A stretch of 64,000 nucleotides of DNA from assembly GCA_938002955.1 (NCBI GenBank), contig CALLAA010000145.1, positions 713-64,712 on the forward strand, written 5' to 3'. The DNA comes from an uncultured Acidimicrobiales bacterium. Lineage in GTDB: Bacteria; Actinomycetota; Acidimicrobiia; Acidimicrobiales; SHLQ01. Shown here in pieces: positions 36,856 through 46,658 of this stretch; the first letter of the stretch is position 1, and the number at the start of each line of letters is the position of its first letter. Made by a program: the position numbers and the translations under genes. Under the pieces are notes generated by a model. That model saw only the letters and a list, made by a program, of their open reading frames with translations. It was not told where the DNA came from and made no database searches.

Positions 36856-38244
36856 GTGAAAGTTGTGTTTGCGACCGCTGAGGCGGCACCTGTTGCCCGC
36901 GTCGGCGGTCTCGCTGAGGCGGCCGCAGGGCTGATCCGTTCGCTTCGAGCCACGACCGAAGTCGAGCTGACTGTCGTGCTGCCGGATTACGGTGATGTCG
37001 TCCTGGAGTCCGAGACCAGCTCGGAACTGTCCGTGCCCGAGTGGGTGGGGGAAGCGTCCGTTCGAGCTGGTGTGGCGCCCGAGCTTGGTCTCGTGCAGTT
37101 GGTCACCGTGCCGGGTATGGCTCGACCCCATCCGTACGTCGATGCGTCGGGAGAAGGCTGGGCCGACAACCATCAGCGGTTCTTCGGGTTCTCCGCTGCG
37201 GTCGCTGCGATCACCGACGCAACGAAGCCCGATGTTCTTCACCTCAACGACTGGCATACGGCAATGACACTGGCGTGGACCGATGTTCCCTCGGTGTACA
37301 CCATTCACACCTTGGGCTATCAAGGGCACGGGGACATTGGTTGGCTACGGGCCATCGACACCGACCGGAGCACCGCGTTCGATCGACATGGTGAGCTGAA
37401 CCCGGCGGCCGGGGCGATTCGGCTCGCCGACCAGGTCATCGCCGTGAGCCCGAACTATGCCGAAGAGATTCTCGACCCGGCCCGTGGTGCTGGGCTGCAC
37501 ACGCTTCTGGCAGGGCGCGGGGCGGATTTAGTTGGCATTCGAAATGGGATCGATACCACCCTGTGGGATCCCGAGACCGACGAGCACATCACCGGTAGTT
37601 ACGGCCGCAACACACTGCCCGATAAGGCTGCGAACAAGGATGCGCTTCTCGCAAGCGTTGACTGGGAAGACGACGGCGGACCGCTCATCGGCGTCGTCAC
37701 CCGTCTTGTGGAGCAAAAGGGTGTCGACATCTTGCTGGGGTTGGTGCCCTATCTGGAACGGATGGGAGCGCGTCTCGTCGTGCTGGGAAGCGGCGAAGAG
37801 CGCTTGTCGCTGTGGGCCCGAGACTTAGCTGAGCAGTATCCGAGCGTCTTCCGTTTCGTGGACGGGTACGACCTTGTGCTGGCGCATCAGATCTTCGCCG
37901 GCGCGGATCTGTTCTGTATGCCGAGTCGCTTCGAACCATGCGGTCTGGCGCAGATGCAAGCAATGGCGTACGGGACCATCCCGGTCGTCACTCCGGTCGG
38001 AGGTTTGGTCGACACGGTCATCGACGTCGACGCGGAGCCGAAGACGGGAACCGGCGTCGTCGCGTTGACGATCGATGGATTGGGCATGTTAGATGCGCTC
38101 CACCGAGGGGTTGCCTTGTGGAACAACAAACGCAAGCGAACCTCAGTACAAAAGCGTGGCATGAAGATCGATTGGAGTTGGGATCAACCAACCCAACAGC
38201 ACCTCGAGGTGTACCGAGAAGCGGCGGCCCGCCGACCCTCCTGA
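36856..38244 (+). CDS. glgA: Glycogen synthase (ADP-glucose type)
   Basis: MKVVFATAEAAPVARVGGLAE... KxGGL-type N-terminus. GT5 family length. glgC is nearby. Confidence 0.85.
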   Translation: MKVVFATAEAAPVARVGGLAEAAAGLIRSLRATTEVELTVVLPDYGDVVLESETSSELSVPEWVGEASVRAGVAPELGLVQLVTVPGMARPHPYVDASGEGWADNHQRFFGFSAAVAAITDATKPDVLHLNDWHTAMTLAWTDVPSVYTIHTLGYQGHGDIGWLRAIDTDRSTAFDRHGELNPAAGAIRLADQVIAVSPNYAEEILDPARGAGLHTLLAGRGADLVGIRNGIDTTLWDPETDEHITGSYGRNTLPDKAANKDALLASVDWEDDGGPLIGVVTRLVEQKGVDILLGLVPYLERMGARLVVLGSGEERLSLWARDLAEQYPSVFRFVDGYDLVLAHQIFAGADLFCMPSRFEPCGLAQMQAMAYGTIPVVTPVGGLVDTVIDVDAEPKTGTGVVALTIDGLGMLDALHRGVALWNNKRKRTSVQKRGMKIDWSWDQPTQQHLEVYREAAARRPS

Positions 38245-38331
38245 CCTCGCGGTGCGCACGGTGATCGCAATCTCTCACATACTGTGGGGTTCTGCCGATT
38301 GGGCCATTGCGGACTAGAGAGGAAGTGCGTC

Positions 38332-38799
38332 ATGCGACGTCAACTTTTGGGAACAGTAGCGTTGGCCGTGCTGCTGCTCGGATGTTCGGGCGACGGCACA
38401 ACCCGTGAAGAGGACGGCACGATCACCGGCGCAGGCGAAGTCCGCGTCGATGCTGTCCAAGAAGGCGATTGCGTCGATATGCCCGCTTCGTCCGAGGTGA
38501 GCGAGTTCACCGGTATCCCGTGTGACGAGCCTCACGATGCCCAGGTCTATGCGTTGTTCGAGATCACCGGCGACGATTTTCCCGGTGATCCCGAGGTGAC
38601 GGCGCAGGGTGAAACTGGCTGTGCCTCTCGGTTTGAGGCGTTCGTCGGCAAGTCATACGAAGAGTCGATCTACTACATCAACACGGTCCGGCCAACGGAG
38701 CTCTCGTGGGAGCGCGGCGACCGAGAGGTGATTTGTTTGATCGCTCCCGAAGACGGATCGCCCAAGCTCACTCAAGACCTCGCTGGCATCGGCGAGTAG
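38332..38799 (+). CDS. Septum-formation-domain lipoprotein
   Basis: Lipobox LLLGCSG. Motif GDCVD...IPCDEPHDAQVY, with a second Cys pair. ATG 38332 follows GAGAGGAAG. Confidence 0.6.
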   Translation: MRRQLLGTVALAVLLLGCSGDGTTREEDGTITGAGEVRVDAVQEGDCVDMPASSEVSEFTGIPCDEPHDAQVYALFEITGDDFPGDPEVTAQGETGCASRFEAFVGKSYEESIYYINTVRPTELSWERGDREVICLIAPEDGSPKLTQDLAGIGE

Positions 38800-38826
38800 C
38801 TGGTTGTAGCGCTGCGCCGGTGGCAG

Positions 38827-40071
38827 CTAGTTGACCATCGCGTTCTTGGCGATCACGACAATGCCGTCGTCGCTCACGGTGTAACGCTCGGCATCGGCGA
38901 CGGGATCCACACCGATCTGTACACCTGCTGGAACGATCACGTTCTTGTCGATCACACAGTTCCGCAGCACGGTCTCCGGGCCGACGGTGACGTCGTCGAG
39001 TAGCACGACGTTCTCCAGGTCGGCGCCATGGTGAATGTGGCTTCCCACCGAGACGACCGAGTTTGAGACACGCGCACCCGAAACGATCACGCCGGTGCTC
39101 ACGATCGAGTTGATCACCGTTGGGTCGCCCGATCGCCAGTCGGCGACAAACTTGGCCGGTGGGAGGTTGCGGCTGTAGCTGAAGATCGGCCAGCTTGGGT
39201 TGTAGAGGTTGAAGATTGGCTCGGGCTGCACCAGGTCCATGTTGGCCGCGAAGTACGAGTCGAGCGTTCCAACGTCTCGCCAGTAGTGCCGGTTGTCCTG
39301 CGTGTCACCGGGTACGACGTTGGTCGTGAAGTCGTAGACGTTTGCTTCGCCCTTGCTGACGAGTTCGGGGATCAGGTCGCCGCCGATGTCGTGTTTCGAT
39401 CCGTCCTTGCGGGCGTCATCGGATGCGAGGTCCATCAGCATCTCGGTCGAGAAGATGTAGTTGCCCATCGAGGCCAGAACCTCGCCGGGGGAGTCCGGTA
39501 GTCCTTGTGCGTTCTCCGGTTTCTCATCGAAGCGAAGAATCTTGTTGGAGTCTGGGCCGATTGTGATCACACCGAATTGGTTGGCTTCTTCGATCGGAAC
39601 TCGAATACCGGCAACCGTTGCGCCCTTGCCGCCTTCGAGATGAGCGTCGAGCATTTGGCGGGCGTCGATTCGGTAGATGTGGTCGGCGCCAAAGACGATG
39701 ATGTTCTCGGGCCGCTCATCATCGATGAGGTTGAAGTTCTGGTAGATCGCGTCGAGCGAGCCAGTGAACCATTGCGGGCCACGGCGCATCTGCGCTGGAA
39801 CGGTGGTCACGTAGTTCCCGAGTTCTGTGGAGAGACTCCACGTCCGGGAGATGTGGACATCGAGGCTGTGAGACTTGTACTGGGTGAGCACGACGATCTT
39901 TCGGTACCCAGAATTGACCAGGTTGGAGATCGCGAAGTCGATCAATCGATAGCGCCCACCGAAGGGAACAGCAGGCTTGGCACGCTGCGCAGTGAGTGGC
40001 ATGAGGCGCTTGCCTTCTCCACCTGCGAGAACCATGCACAGCACGTTTGGACGACGACCCGAATGCAACAT
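38827..40071 (-). CDS. glgC: Glucose-1-phosphate adenylyltransferase
   Basis: LAGGEGKRLMPLTAQRAKPAVPFGGRYRLIDFAISN and a C-terminal LbH domain. ATG at 40071. Confidence 0.9.
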   Translation of the reverse strand: MLHSGRRPNVLCMVLAGGEGKRLMPLTAQRAKPAVPFGGRYRLIDFAISNLVNSGYRKIVVLTQYKSHSLDVHISRTWSLSTELGNYVTTVPAQMRRGPQWFTGSLDAIYQNFNLIDDERPENIIVFGADHIYRIDARQMLDAHLEGGKGATVAGIRVPIEEANQFGVITIGPDSNKILRFDEKPENAQGLPDSPGEVLASMGNYIFSTEMLMDLASDDARKDGSKHDIGGDLIPELVSKGEANVYDFTTNVVPGDTQDNRHYWRDVGTLDSYFAANMDLVQPEPIFNLYNPSWPIFSYSRNLPPAKFVADWRSGDPTVINSIVSTGVIVSGARVSNSVVSVGSHIHHGADLENVVLLDDVTVGPETVLRNCVIDKNVIVPAGVQIGVDPVADAERYTVSDDGIVVIAKNAMVN

Positions 40072-40084
40072 AGCAACACAGTAG

Positions 40085-41743
40085 TCAGGAGATGGACGCA
40101 ATCCCGGGTGCGCCGGCATTGACTCGCAAAGTGGTGTCTATCGAAATCGCCGATGACTCCGAGGTCCGGTCTGCGAGCAGGTGGATTTCGGTCGTCCAGG
40201 CGGTGTCCGTGACCTCACAGATCATGAATCCGTTCTCCGGAGAGAAGTGCCGAACTTGGGGGTTGATGCCGAGTACCAAGGGCGCCAGGCTCCGCAGGTT
40301 TTCCGGAAAGGCCGAGCTGATGGCGGGTGCCATGAACTCGGTGGCGAGCACGGGGGTCTCGAGATCGAACGGGTCGGCTCGCACGTCACCTCCCGATGCT
40401 GCATGGAAGTCGCCGCTCAAGATGACGAGGTTGTCCGAGGTCGCGGTCAAGGTCTCGAGTAGGGCCTTTCGCTCGCCGAAGTAGCCGTCCCAGGTGTCGG
40501 TGTTGGTGGCCGGCACTTCGCCGGGAAATGCGTTCAGGCCGTGCATGTAGACCTGATTGCCGAGCACGTTCCAGGTCGCTGTGGATGCCGCTACTTGTTG
40601 CTCGAGCCACGCCCGTTGCTCGGCCCCGAGCATGGTGTGGGTGGGGTCGGTCGCTGTCGGGCCCAAGAGGCGGACGCCGAGGTCGCCGACGCCGGGCAAG
40701 ATCAGCGGTTCACCATCGGTGGGTTGAGGGTCTCGGTACTGGCGCCCATCGAGCAGGTGCAGGTCGACGAGTGAACCCCACGACGTCGATCGATAGATCG
40801 TGAAGTCGCCTTCGGGGCTCGGGGGGTCGAGGCGAACTGGCATGTTTTCCCACCAGGCCTGGTGCGCGGCGAGCCGTCGTTGCTCGAACGCGGCTCGGTC
40901 TTGGGCGTCTTCGGTTGCGAGCCCGGCGTGGTTGTTGTCGACCTCGTGGTCGTCCCAGGTGATGAGCCACGGCCGCGCCGCGTGGTGCGCTTGGAGGTGC
41001 GGGTCAGATTTGTAGAGGGCGTAACGAGATCGATAGCCGTCGAGCGTCGTGACCTCTGGGGAGTTGTGCAGGCGTCGTCCTGCCGAGCTGACCACTCCGC
41101 CATTGCCCGGCCCGTATTCGTAGATGTAATCGCCGAGCCAAACAAAGAGGTCGAGGTCAGCGTCGGCGAGATGTCGATGGGCTGCGTACGTGCCGCTCTC
41201 CCAGTTCTGACACGAGGAGAATCCGAACCGGAGTGTGGTATCGCCAGAGGCCGGAACCGTCCGTGTTCGACCACTGGTGGAGGTGTGATCACCAGCCCGA
41301 AATCGATACCAATACCAACTGTCGGGGTCGAGGTCGGTCGCGAGCACATGGACGCTGTTGCCAAGTGCTGCGGGCGCGTCCTGGACGGAACTGTGGACGA
41401 GCTCAGCGAAGTTCTGATCTCGGGCGATGTCGACGGCGACGCGGTAATCGAGGCCGGTCGGGGCCTGTTCGGCCGATGTCAACAGCCGGGTCCACAGGAC
41501 GACCGATGTCGAGTCGGGGTCTCCGGAGGCGACCCCGAGGGCGAACGGTGAAGGACCTTGGAAGTCGGGCGCGGCGACGGGCGTGGGCTGGGTGGTGGTT
41601 GTCGGCGCCTGTGTCGTCGGAGCGCTCGTTGTGGCCGTGTCCGGGACTGGGTTAGCCACCGGCTCGGACTGGCTGGTGCAGGCAGCTGCGGTGAGGCCGA
41701 GACCAGCAGCGAGCAGTTCACGTCGAGAAAGGGTCACCTGCAC
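40085..41743 (-). CDS. phoD: Alkaline phosphatase D (PhoD) family, Tat-exported lipoprotein
   Basis: Tat signal SRRELLAAGLGLTAAAC. PhoD motifs FSSCQNWESGTY and WLGDYIYEY. Confidence 0.8.
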   Translation of the reverse strand: MQVTLSRRELLAAGLGLTAAACTSQSEPVANPVPDTATTSAPTTQAPTTTTQPTPVAAPDFQGPSPFALGVASGDPDSTSVVLWTRLLTSAEQAPTGLDYRVAVDIARDQNFAELVHSSVQDAPAALGNSVHVLATDLDPDSWYWYRFRAGDHTSTSGRTRTVPASGDTTLRFGFSSCQNWESGTYAAHRHLADADLDLFVWLGDYIYEYGPGNGGVVSSAGRRLHNSPEVTTLDGYRSRYALYKSDPHLQAHHAARPWLITWDDHEVDNNHAGLATEDAQDRAAFEQRRLAAHQAWWENMPVRLDPPSPEGDFTIYRSTSWGSLVDLHLLDGRQYRDPQPTDGEPLILPGVGDLGVRLLGPTATDPTHTMLGAEQRAWLEQQVAASTATWNVLGNQVYMHGLNAFPGEVPATNTDTWDGYFGERKALLETLTATSDNLVILSGDFHAASGGDVRADPFDLETPVLATEFMAPAISSAFPENLRSLAPLVLGINPQVRHFSPENGFMICEVTDTAWTTEIHLLADRTSESSAISIDTTLRVNAGAPGIASIS

Positions 41744-41808
41744 TTGCTAGCAGGCACGCACTGCATACGGGGACGCAGCACGCAATTGAGCGCCAGACAG
41801 CGCCAGCG

Positions 41809-42276
41809 CTATGCGGCCTGGTCTTCTTCTCCAGGAAGCAACAGTGCTTGTCCGCGGAACGTTACGGCCGGGCCGCCGGTGCCCGAGGCGGGAGCCGTAG
41901 GTACCCATGAGTCTGGGTCGTATGGGTTGTCGCCGAACGGGGTGTAGGTCTCGCTCGAGACTCCGCTGGAGAACAGCAGCATCAGCTGGAAGATCAGGTT
42001 CACGACGGGCACGAAGAGAAGCACAACCCACCCTGCGCCCATGTGCAGGTCCTTCATCCGGCGAAGGACGTTGATAACAGCGAGGAACAGAAAGCCGACA
42101 TAGATGAACGCCATCAGCGCAAGCTTGTCCGCTGCGTAACTGATCTCTCGGGTAACCGGGTCGACGGTGAGCTCAAAGAGGAGAATGACCGACGCGTACA
42201 CAATGACGTTCAGCACGATGGCGACGAAGAAGTATTCGAGGCGTCCAGCTGGGGTGACCGTGGTGAAGAATCGCAT
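41809..42276 (-). CDS. DUF805-family membrane protein
   Basis: GRLEYFF N-terminal motif, 3-4 TM segments, RRMKDL loop. Confidence 0.6.
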   Translation of the reverse strand: MRFFTTVTPAGRLEYFFVAIVLNVIVYASVILLFELTVDPVTREISYAADKLALMAFIYVGFLFLAVINVLRRMKDLHMGAGWVVLLFVPVVNLIFQLMLLFSSGVSSETYTPFGDNPYDPDSWVPTAPASGTGGPAVTFRGQALLLPGEEDQAA

Positions 42277-42370
42277 AGGGCACAGATCGAGCGTTTTGGT
42301 GTCCAGATTGAGATGTGTCCGCAGATTTGGGCCGTTTGGCCCAGCATTGCGGCGCTGCCGGTTCGTGGGT

Positions 42371-42964
42371 CTAGAACTCGCTGATTCGGAACAGTGCCGA
42401 GGAGAGATCGTCGTAGAGGGTCGTCACAAAAAGCAGCCCAACCAGGCCGAGGACGATCGCGCCGCCGGTGACGATGGCTCGGTGCGACAGCTTCTCCTGC
42501 AGTTTCGGGAAGGCCACACCGGCGGCAGCAATGGAGATGAATGGCAGGAGCAAGCCGAGGAAGAACGACACGGTTCCTCCGAGGTGAGCAAGGGGTTCGC
42601 GACGAGCGCCGTTGAGGATGTCGGCCAATTCGGGGCCGACGCACGGAATCCACGCCCACACCGCAACAACGGCGGTGATGGCAGAGGCCGCTGCGTCAGA
42701 GATGCCACGGTCGAGCTTCCACGCGATTGCAGCCGCAGCCATGACGATCAGTCCGAGCGCGATCTGTACGAAGCCTCGCGGGGTCTCGAACCACCATCCG
42801 GCAAAGCGCACCCACGCTATGAGGGTCGCAACGGCGACGAAGACCGAGATAACGAGCGGTGTTCGGCGCCTGCCGAAGATCGTGATCGCAGCAGCGGGTA
42901 TGAGCAAGACCCAGCTGCACGGAAGGCGCAGGCTCTCGACGCCCTCGAGAAGCGTGTCGATCAC
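42371..42964 (-). CDS. CcdA/DsbD-like thiol-disulfide electron transporter
   Basis: 6 TM-like segments with the two membrane-embedded Cys motifs LPCSW and IPCVGP. 4-nt overlap with the upstream thioredoxin-like gene. Confidence 0.65.
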   Translation of the reverse strand: MIDTLLEGVESLRLPCSWVLLIPAAAITIFGRRRTPLVISVFVAVATLIAWVRFAGWWFETPRGFVQIALGLIVMAAAAIAWKLDRGISDAAASAITAVVAVWAWIPCVGPELADILNGARREPLAHLGGTVSFFLGLLLPFISIAAAGVAFPKLQEKLSHRAIVTGGAIVLGLVGLLFVTTLYDDLSSALFRISEF

Positions 42965-43653
42965 GAGGTCGCAGGGGGCGGATTATCGATGAGGTATTGC
43001 ACGGTCTGTGCGAGCTCTTCGTAACGACCTTCACCAATGTGGTCGTACCGTATGTCGCCGTTCTGGTCGATGACGTAGGTGCGTGGCCAGAAGCGTCGGC
43101 CGCCTTCTTGCCATGCGCGGAAGTTCTCTTTGTTGGTGTCGATTGCAACGGGCCAGGTCACACCGAGTCGTTCGATTGCATCTTCGATGTTTGGAATCTC
43201 GGCTTCGAAGGAGAACTCGGGGGCGTGGACGCCAATGATGTCGAAGTCGTCCCGGCTCGTCGCTGCGTAGAGCGCTTGGTTGTGGGGGATTCGGGCTTTG
43301 CAGTTGCTGCAGCCGAACGTCCACATTTCGACGAGGAGCACCTTGCCGTTGAAGTCATCGATCGAGGTGTTGTCGGTGTTTCGCCATCCGTCGAGGTTGA
43401 CGAGGTCCTTGCGGGGACCGTAGTTCTCGGGAGCGACCTCGAGCGCTTCGGTCGTGGTTGGGGCCGCTGTGGAGTCGGCGGTGGCGCTCTCACTCGTCGC
43501 TGCATCCGCAACGACGTCGACCGACGTGGTGTCATCTTCGCCGCCTCCAAAGCCGACGAGGGCGAGGACGACGAGACCTGCGAGCAGGACGATTCCAGCG
43601 ATGAGACGAATGGCCATACGTCGAGCGTAAACAGCGTGTGCTCCGCCGAGCAT
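42961..43653 (-). CDS. Membrane-anchored thioredoxin-fold protein (TlpA/ResA-like, Cys form)
   Basis: N-terminal TM anchor, acidic/Thr-rich linker, redox motif WTFGCSNC, cis-Pro region RTYVID. Confidence 0.75.
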   Translation of the reverse strand: MLGGAHAVYARRMAIRLIAGIVLLAGLVVLALVGFGGGEDDTTSVDVVADAATSESATADSTAAPTTTEALEVAPENYGPRKDLVNLDGWRNTDNTSIDDFNGKVLLVEMWTFGCSNCKARIPHNQALYAATSRDDFDIIGVHAPEFSFEAEIPNIEDAIERLGVTWPVAIDTNKENFRAWQEGGRRFWPRTYVIDQNGDIRYDHIGEGRYEELAQTVQYLIDNPPPATS

Positions 43654-43707
43654 TCCACGGCGCGTTGTTTCAGAACTTGTTCACGACTCCTTTGCTAGAA
43701 CTCAGAG

Positions 43708-44100
43708 ATGACCGTATCTACGAACGCTTCATCCATGGGTGCCTTTTCGATCAGCCTCCCGGTTGCTGATCTTGCGGTATCGACCGAGTTCTACAGCACG
43801 CTGGGATTCTCCGTAACCGGTGGCGATGAGGAGAGTTGGGCGATCCTGATGAACGGGCCGGTAATCATTGGGCTGTTTCAGGGCATGTTCGACAAGCCAA
43901 TGCTCACATTCAACCCCGGCTGGGCGAACGACACCTCCGAGATCGACGGATTCACCGACATTCGTGCGTTGCGCGACGCGTATGTCGAAGCAGGCGTGAG
44001 CATTGGCGACGACACAACCCAGGACAGCGATTCGGGACCCGCGTCGTTTTCGATGGTCGATCCCGATGGCAACCCGATTCTGATCGACCAGCATCGGTAG
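43708..44100 (+). CDS. VOC/glyoxalase-family protein
   Basis: 130 aa, paired beta-alpha-beta-beta-beta look (FYSTLGF..., DPDGNPILI). Confidence 0.6.
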   Translation: MTVSTNASSMGAFSISLPVADLAVSTEFYSTLGFSVTGGDEESWAILMNGPVIIGLFQGMFDKPMLTFNPGWANDTSEIDGFTDIRALRDAYVEAGVSIGDDTTQDSDSGPASFSMVDPDGNPILIDQHR

Positions 44101-44161
44101 TGCTGCTCGCCAAGATCGCGCTGCGTGCAACGCCCGCCGGAGCGAGGGATAGAGTTCACCC

Positions 44162-44728
44162 GTGATCTTGAGCGACCGCAGTATTCGTGAACATCTTGAC
44201 GCCGGCACCATCGCCATCGACCCGATCGACGCGAGCGCCGTTCAGCCGTCGTCGGTCGACGTGCGCCTCGACCATCGTTTCCTCGTGTTCCGGAACCACA
44301 CGCGCGGCCTTATCGACGTCAAGCAAGATCTCTCCGACCTCACCGAACCGGTCGAGGCCTCCGATGATGACCCGTTCATCTTGCATCCCGGCGAGTTTGT
44401 CCTCGGGTCGACACTCGAGCGAATTGCGCTCCCCGATGATCTCGTCGCACGTCTCGAAGGCAAGTCGAGCCTCGGTCGTCTCGGGTTGCTCATCCACTCC
44501 ACAGCGGGCTTTATCGATGCTGGTTGGGATGGGCAGATCACCCTCGAACTGTCCAACGTCGCGAGCCTGCCGATCACGCTGTACCCCGGCATGCGCGTTG
44601 GTCAGGTGAGCTTCATGCAGATGACGACCGCAGCCGACAACCCCTATGGCTCAGGCATCATTGGGTCTAAGTACCAGGGACAGGTGGGACCTCGTCCGAG
44701 CCAGTACTGGAAGAACTTCACGAAATGA
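44162..44728 (+). CDS. dcd: dCTP deaminase
   Basis: ILSDRSIREHL..., PSSVDVRL, GKSSLGRLGL, GWDGQITLEL motifs. Confidence 0.9.
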   Translation: MILSDRSIREHLDAGTIAIDPIDASAVQPSSVDVRLDHRFLVFRNHTRGLIDVKQDLSDLTEPVEASDDDPFILHPGEFVLGSTLERIALPDDLVARLEGKSSLGRLGLLIHSTAGFIDAGWDGQITLELSNVASLPITLYPGMRVGQVSFMQMTTAADNPYGSGIIGSKYQGQVGPRPSQYWKNFTK

Positions 44729-45942
44729 CGTCTCGCCGAGCAGATCCGGCACGACTCTTCGTCCGGGGGTTCGGTGTCGTAGAAGGAATCGAATGGGGCT
44801 TCTGGCTGGTGCTCACGGTCTTTTGGATCGTGGAGCTCGAGCTCGGGCCAGCGGAGCTTGTGTTGCTGGGCATTGTGCTCGAAGCCTCGGTGCTGCTGGC
44901 CGAGACGCCGACGGGAGTAGTCGCCGATCTCCAGTCGCGCAAGCGGTCACTGGTCATTGCTCAAGTCGTGATGGGCATCAGCTTCGTGTGGAGCGTCGCA
45001 AGCACGAATTACTGGGTCATCCTGCCGGCGCAGATGCTCGTCGGTATTGGTTGGACCTTTCGTAGTGGAGCGGACACCGCATGGGTCACCGACGAACTGA
45101 AAGGCATCGGCACGTTCGATGATGATGACGTAGAGCGGCTGCTCCTGCGACGGCATCGCTTTGGTATTGCGTTCTCGCTCTTGACGTTGCCGGTCACGAT
45201 CGCGGTCGGTGTGCTGACGTCGATCCGGTGGGCGGGAGCGATGATGGGCGTCGCATACTTGCTGCTCGGCCTGTACTTCTACCTCGTCATGACCGAGGAG
45301 CACTTCACCCCCGGGAAGGACACCGGGCGCGGGTTCATCGACATTTTCCGCGAGGGGCTGACAGTCGTGCGAGACCGACCGCGGCTGCGGGTGCTCGTCG
45401 TCGTCATCTTGTTGCTCGATCTCGGTGCTGAAGGCTTTGATCGTCTTGGCTTTAAGCACTTTTTGGATAACACCGGAGCCGATTCTGCGGCGGCGAGCGA
45501 CTCACTCGTCGTCCTCGGGGTGCTGTTCTTCATCCTTGCGCTGACCGGCCTCGTGGTGAACGCGGCTGCGTCTCGATACCTCGAGCGTGGCCGCGGTGTT
45601 GCGAGGCTTGCGGTGGCATTATTGGCGGTGGCGACCGTCGGTGGGTTCATCGCTGCGATTACCAACATCGTCGTGGTGATCGCGATTGGTTACATGATGC
45701 AGGACAGCGTTCGTGAGGCTCTTTGGCCGGTGCTCGAAGGGTGGGCGAACCGTGACGCTCCAACGGAGGTGCGGGCGACGGTACATTCGCTGATGGGCCA
45801 AACCACATCGGTTGGCGAGCTTGTGGGTGCGTTGTTGCTCGGTGCGGTTGCCGAGTTCGCGTCGATTCAAGTGGCGTTGCTCGTTGGCGTCGTGGCATTT
45901 GCTGGCGCAGGGCTCTCCGCCACAAGAGGTGTCGCCCGCTAG
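44725..45942 (+). CDS. MFS transporter
   Basis: 405 aa, multiple TM segments. 4-nt overlap with dcd. Confidence 0.65.
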   Translation: MTSRRADPARLFVRGFGVVEGIEWGFWLVLTVFWIVELELGPAELVLLGIVLEASVLLAETPTGVVADLQSRKRSLVIAQVVMGISFVWSVASTNYWVILPAQMLVGIGWTFRSGADTAWVTDELKGIGTFDDDDVERLLLRRHRFGIAFSLLTLPVTIAVGVLTSIRWAGAMMGVAYLLLGLYFYLVMTEEHFTPGKDTGRGFIDIFREGLTVVRDRPRLRVLVVVILLLDLGAEGFDRLGFKHFLDNTGADSAAASDSLVVLGVLFFILALTGLVVNAAASRYLERGRGVARLAVALLAVATVGGFIAAITNIVVVIAIGYMMQDSVREALWPVLEGWANRDAPTEVRATVHSLMGQTTSVGELVGALLLGAVAEFASIQVALLVGVVAFAGAGLSATRGVAR

Positions 45943-45945
45943 CGG

Positions 45946-46596
45946 TTATGTGCTCTCGAGCCAGTCGATGTCGTCGCGAAGTTGTGACTCGCTCCAGCCA
46001 CTGCGCAGCCGGGATTCGCCGCCGCCCTGAATCACGACGAAGGTGGGAACTGCATTCACGCTGTACTCGGCAAAGAGCTGGTCGATTTCGGCTGCGTGTG
46101 TGTCGTCGGTGATATGGACCATCGATTCGACGCCTTGAGCCGTAACGAACTCGTCGAGCTCGGCGGTGGTGCCATCGAGGCCGACGCCGACGAAGGTGAC
46201 ATCAGGGTGCTGTAGTTGAAGCTCTGCGACCGCAGGAGCTGCTGCTTTGCAATGTGGTCACCAGGGAGCCCAGAACCACAACACGAGGTCGGTGTCGCCG
46301 GACAGGTCGACCTGCTGGCCCACGACGCCGGCGTTGTCGTCGGCAGGGGCCTCGGCGGTGTCGACGAGCGCTGTGGTCGTTGTCGCCGCTTCCGTCGTGG
46401 TTGTGGTCTCGACCGCTGGTTCGGTTTCGGGTGGGGCGGTCGTCTCGGGTGCGGTCGTGGTCGTTTCCGGCAAGGTTGTATCCGGTGTCGACGCTGTCGT
46501 CTCCGGCGCCGCCACCTCGGCGGCGTCGCTCGAACTCGCACAGGCCGAAGCCAGAAGGCCAAGGGCCGTGAGCAAACACACAAGTCGACGCCGCAT
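45946..46596 (-). CDS. Thioredoxin-fold lipoprotein, selenocysteine-containing (in-frame TGA at 46258-46260, residue 113; redox motif W-A-P-W-U-P-H-C)
   Basis: Track ORF 46258..46596 ends ...LVLWFWAPW-TGA. The same frame continues PHCKAAAPAVAELQLQHPDVTFVGVGLDG...NAVPTFVVIQGGGESRL...WLEST-TAA (stop 45946-45948), completing a TlpA/ResA-type domain. Lipobox LLASAC and a Thr/Glu/Pro-rich linker. A SECIS-like hairpin follows the TGA. Confidence 0.85.
46220..46240 (-). promoter_or_regulatory. Bacterial SECIS-like hairpin for the thioredoxin-like UGA
   Basis: AGCU(C)CUGC-GGUC-GCAGAGCU: 8 bp with one bulged C and a GGUC apical loop. Starts 17 nt after the UGA. Confidence 0.7.
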
Positions 46597-46658
46597 TGCC
46601 CTCAGTGTGACAGACCAGAGCGACGCGGCGTGCGACTACGTTCGTTCGTGTATGAGGC

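Noticed and set aside
38284-38331. Extended N-terminus (MGFCRLGHCGLERKCV) of the septum-formation lipoprotein suggested by the ORF track.
   Set aside because: ATG 38332 is preceded by a good SD and yields a canonical lipoprotein signal peptide. The extension has no support.
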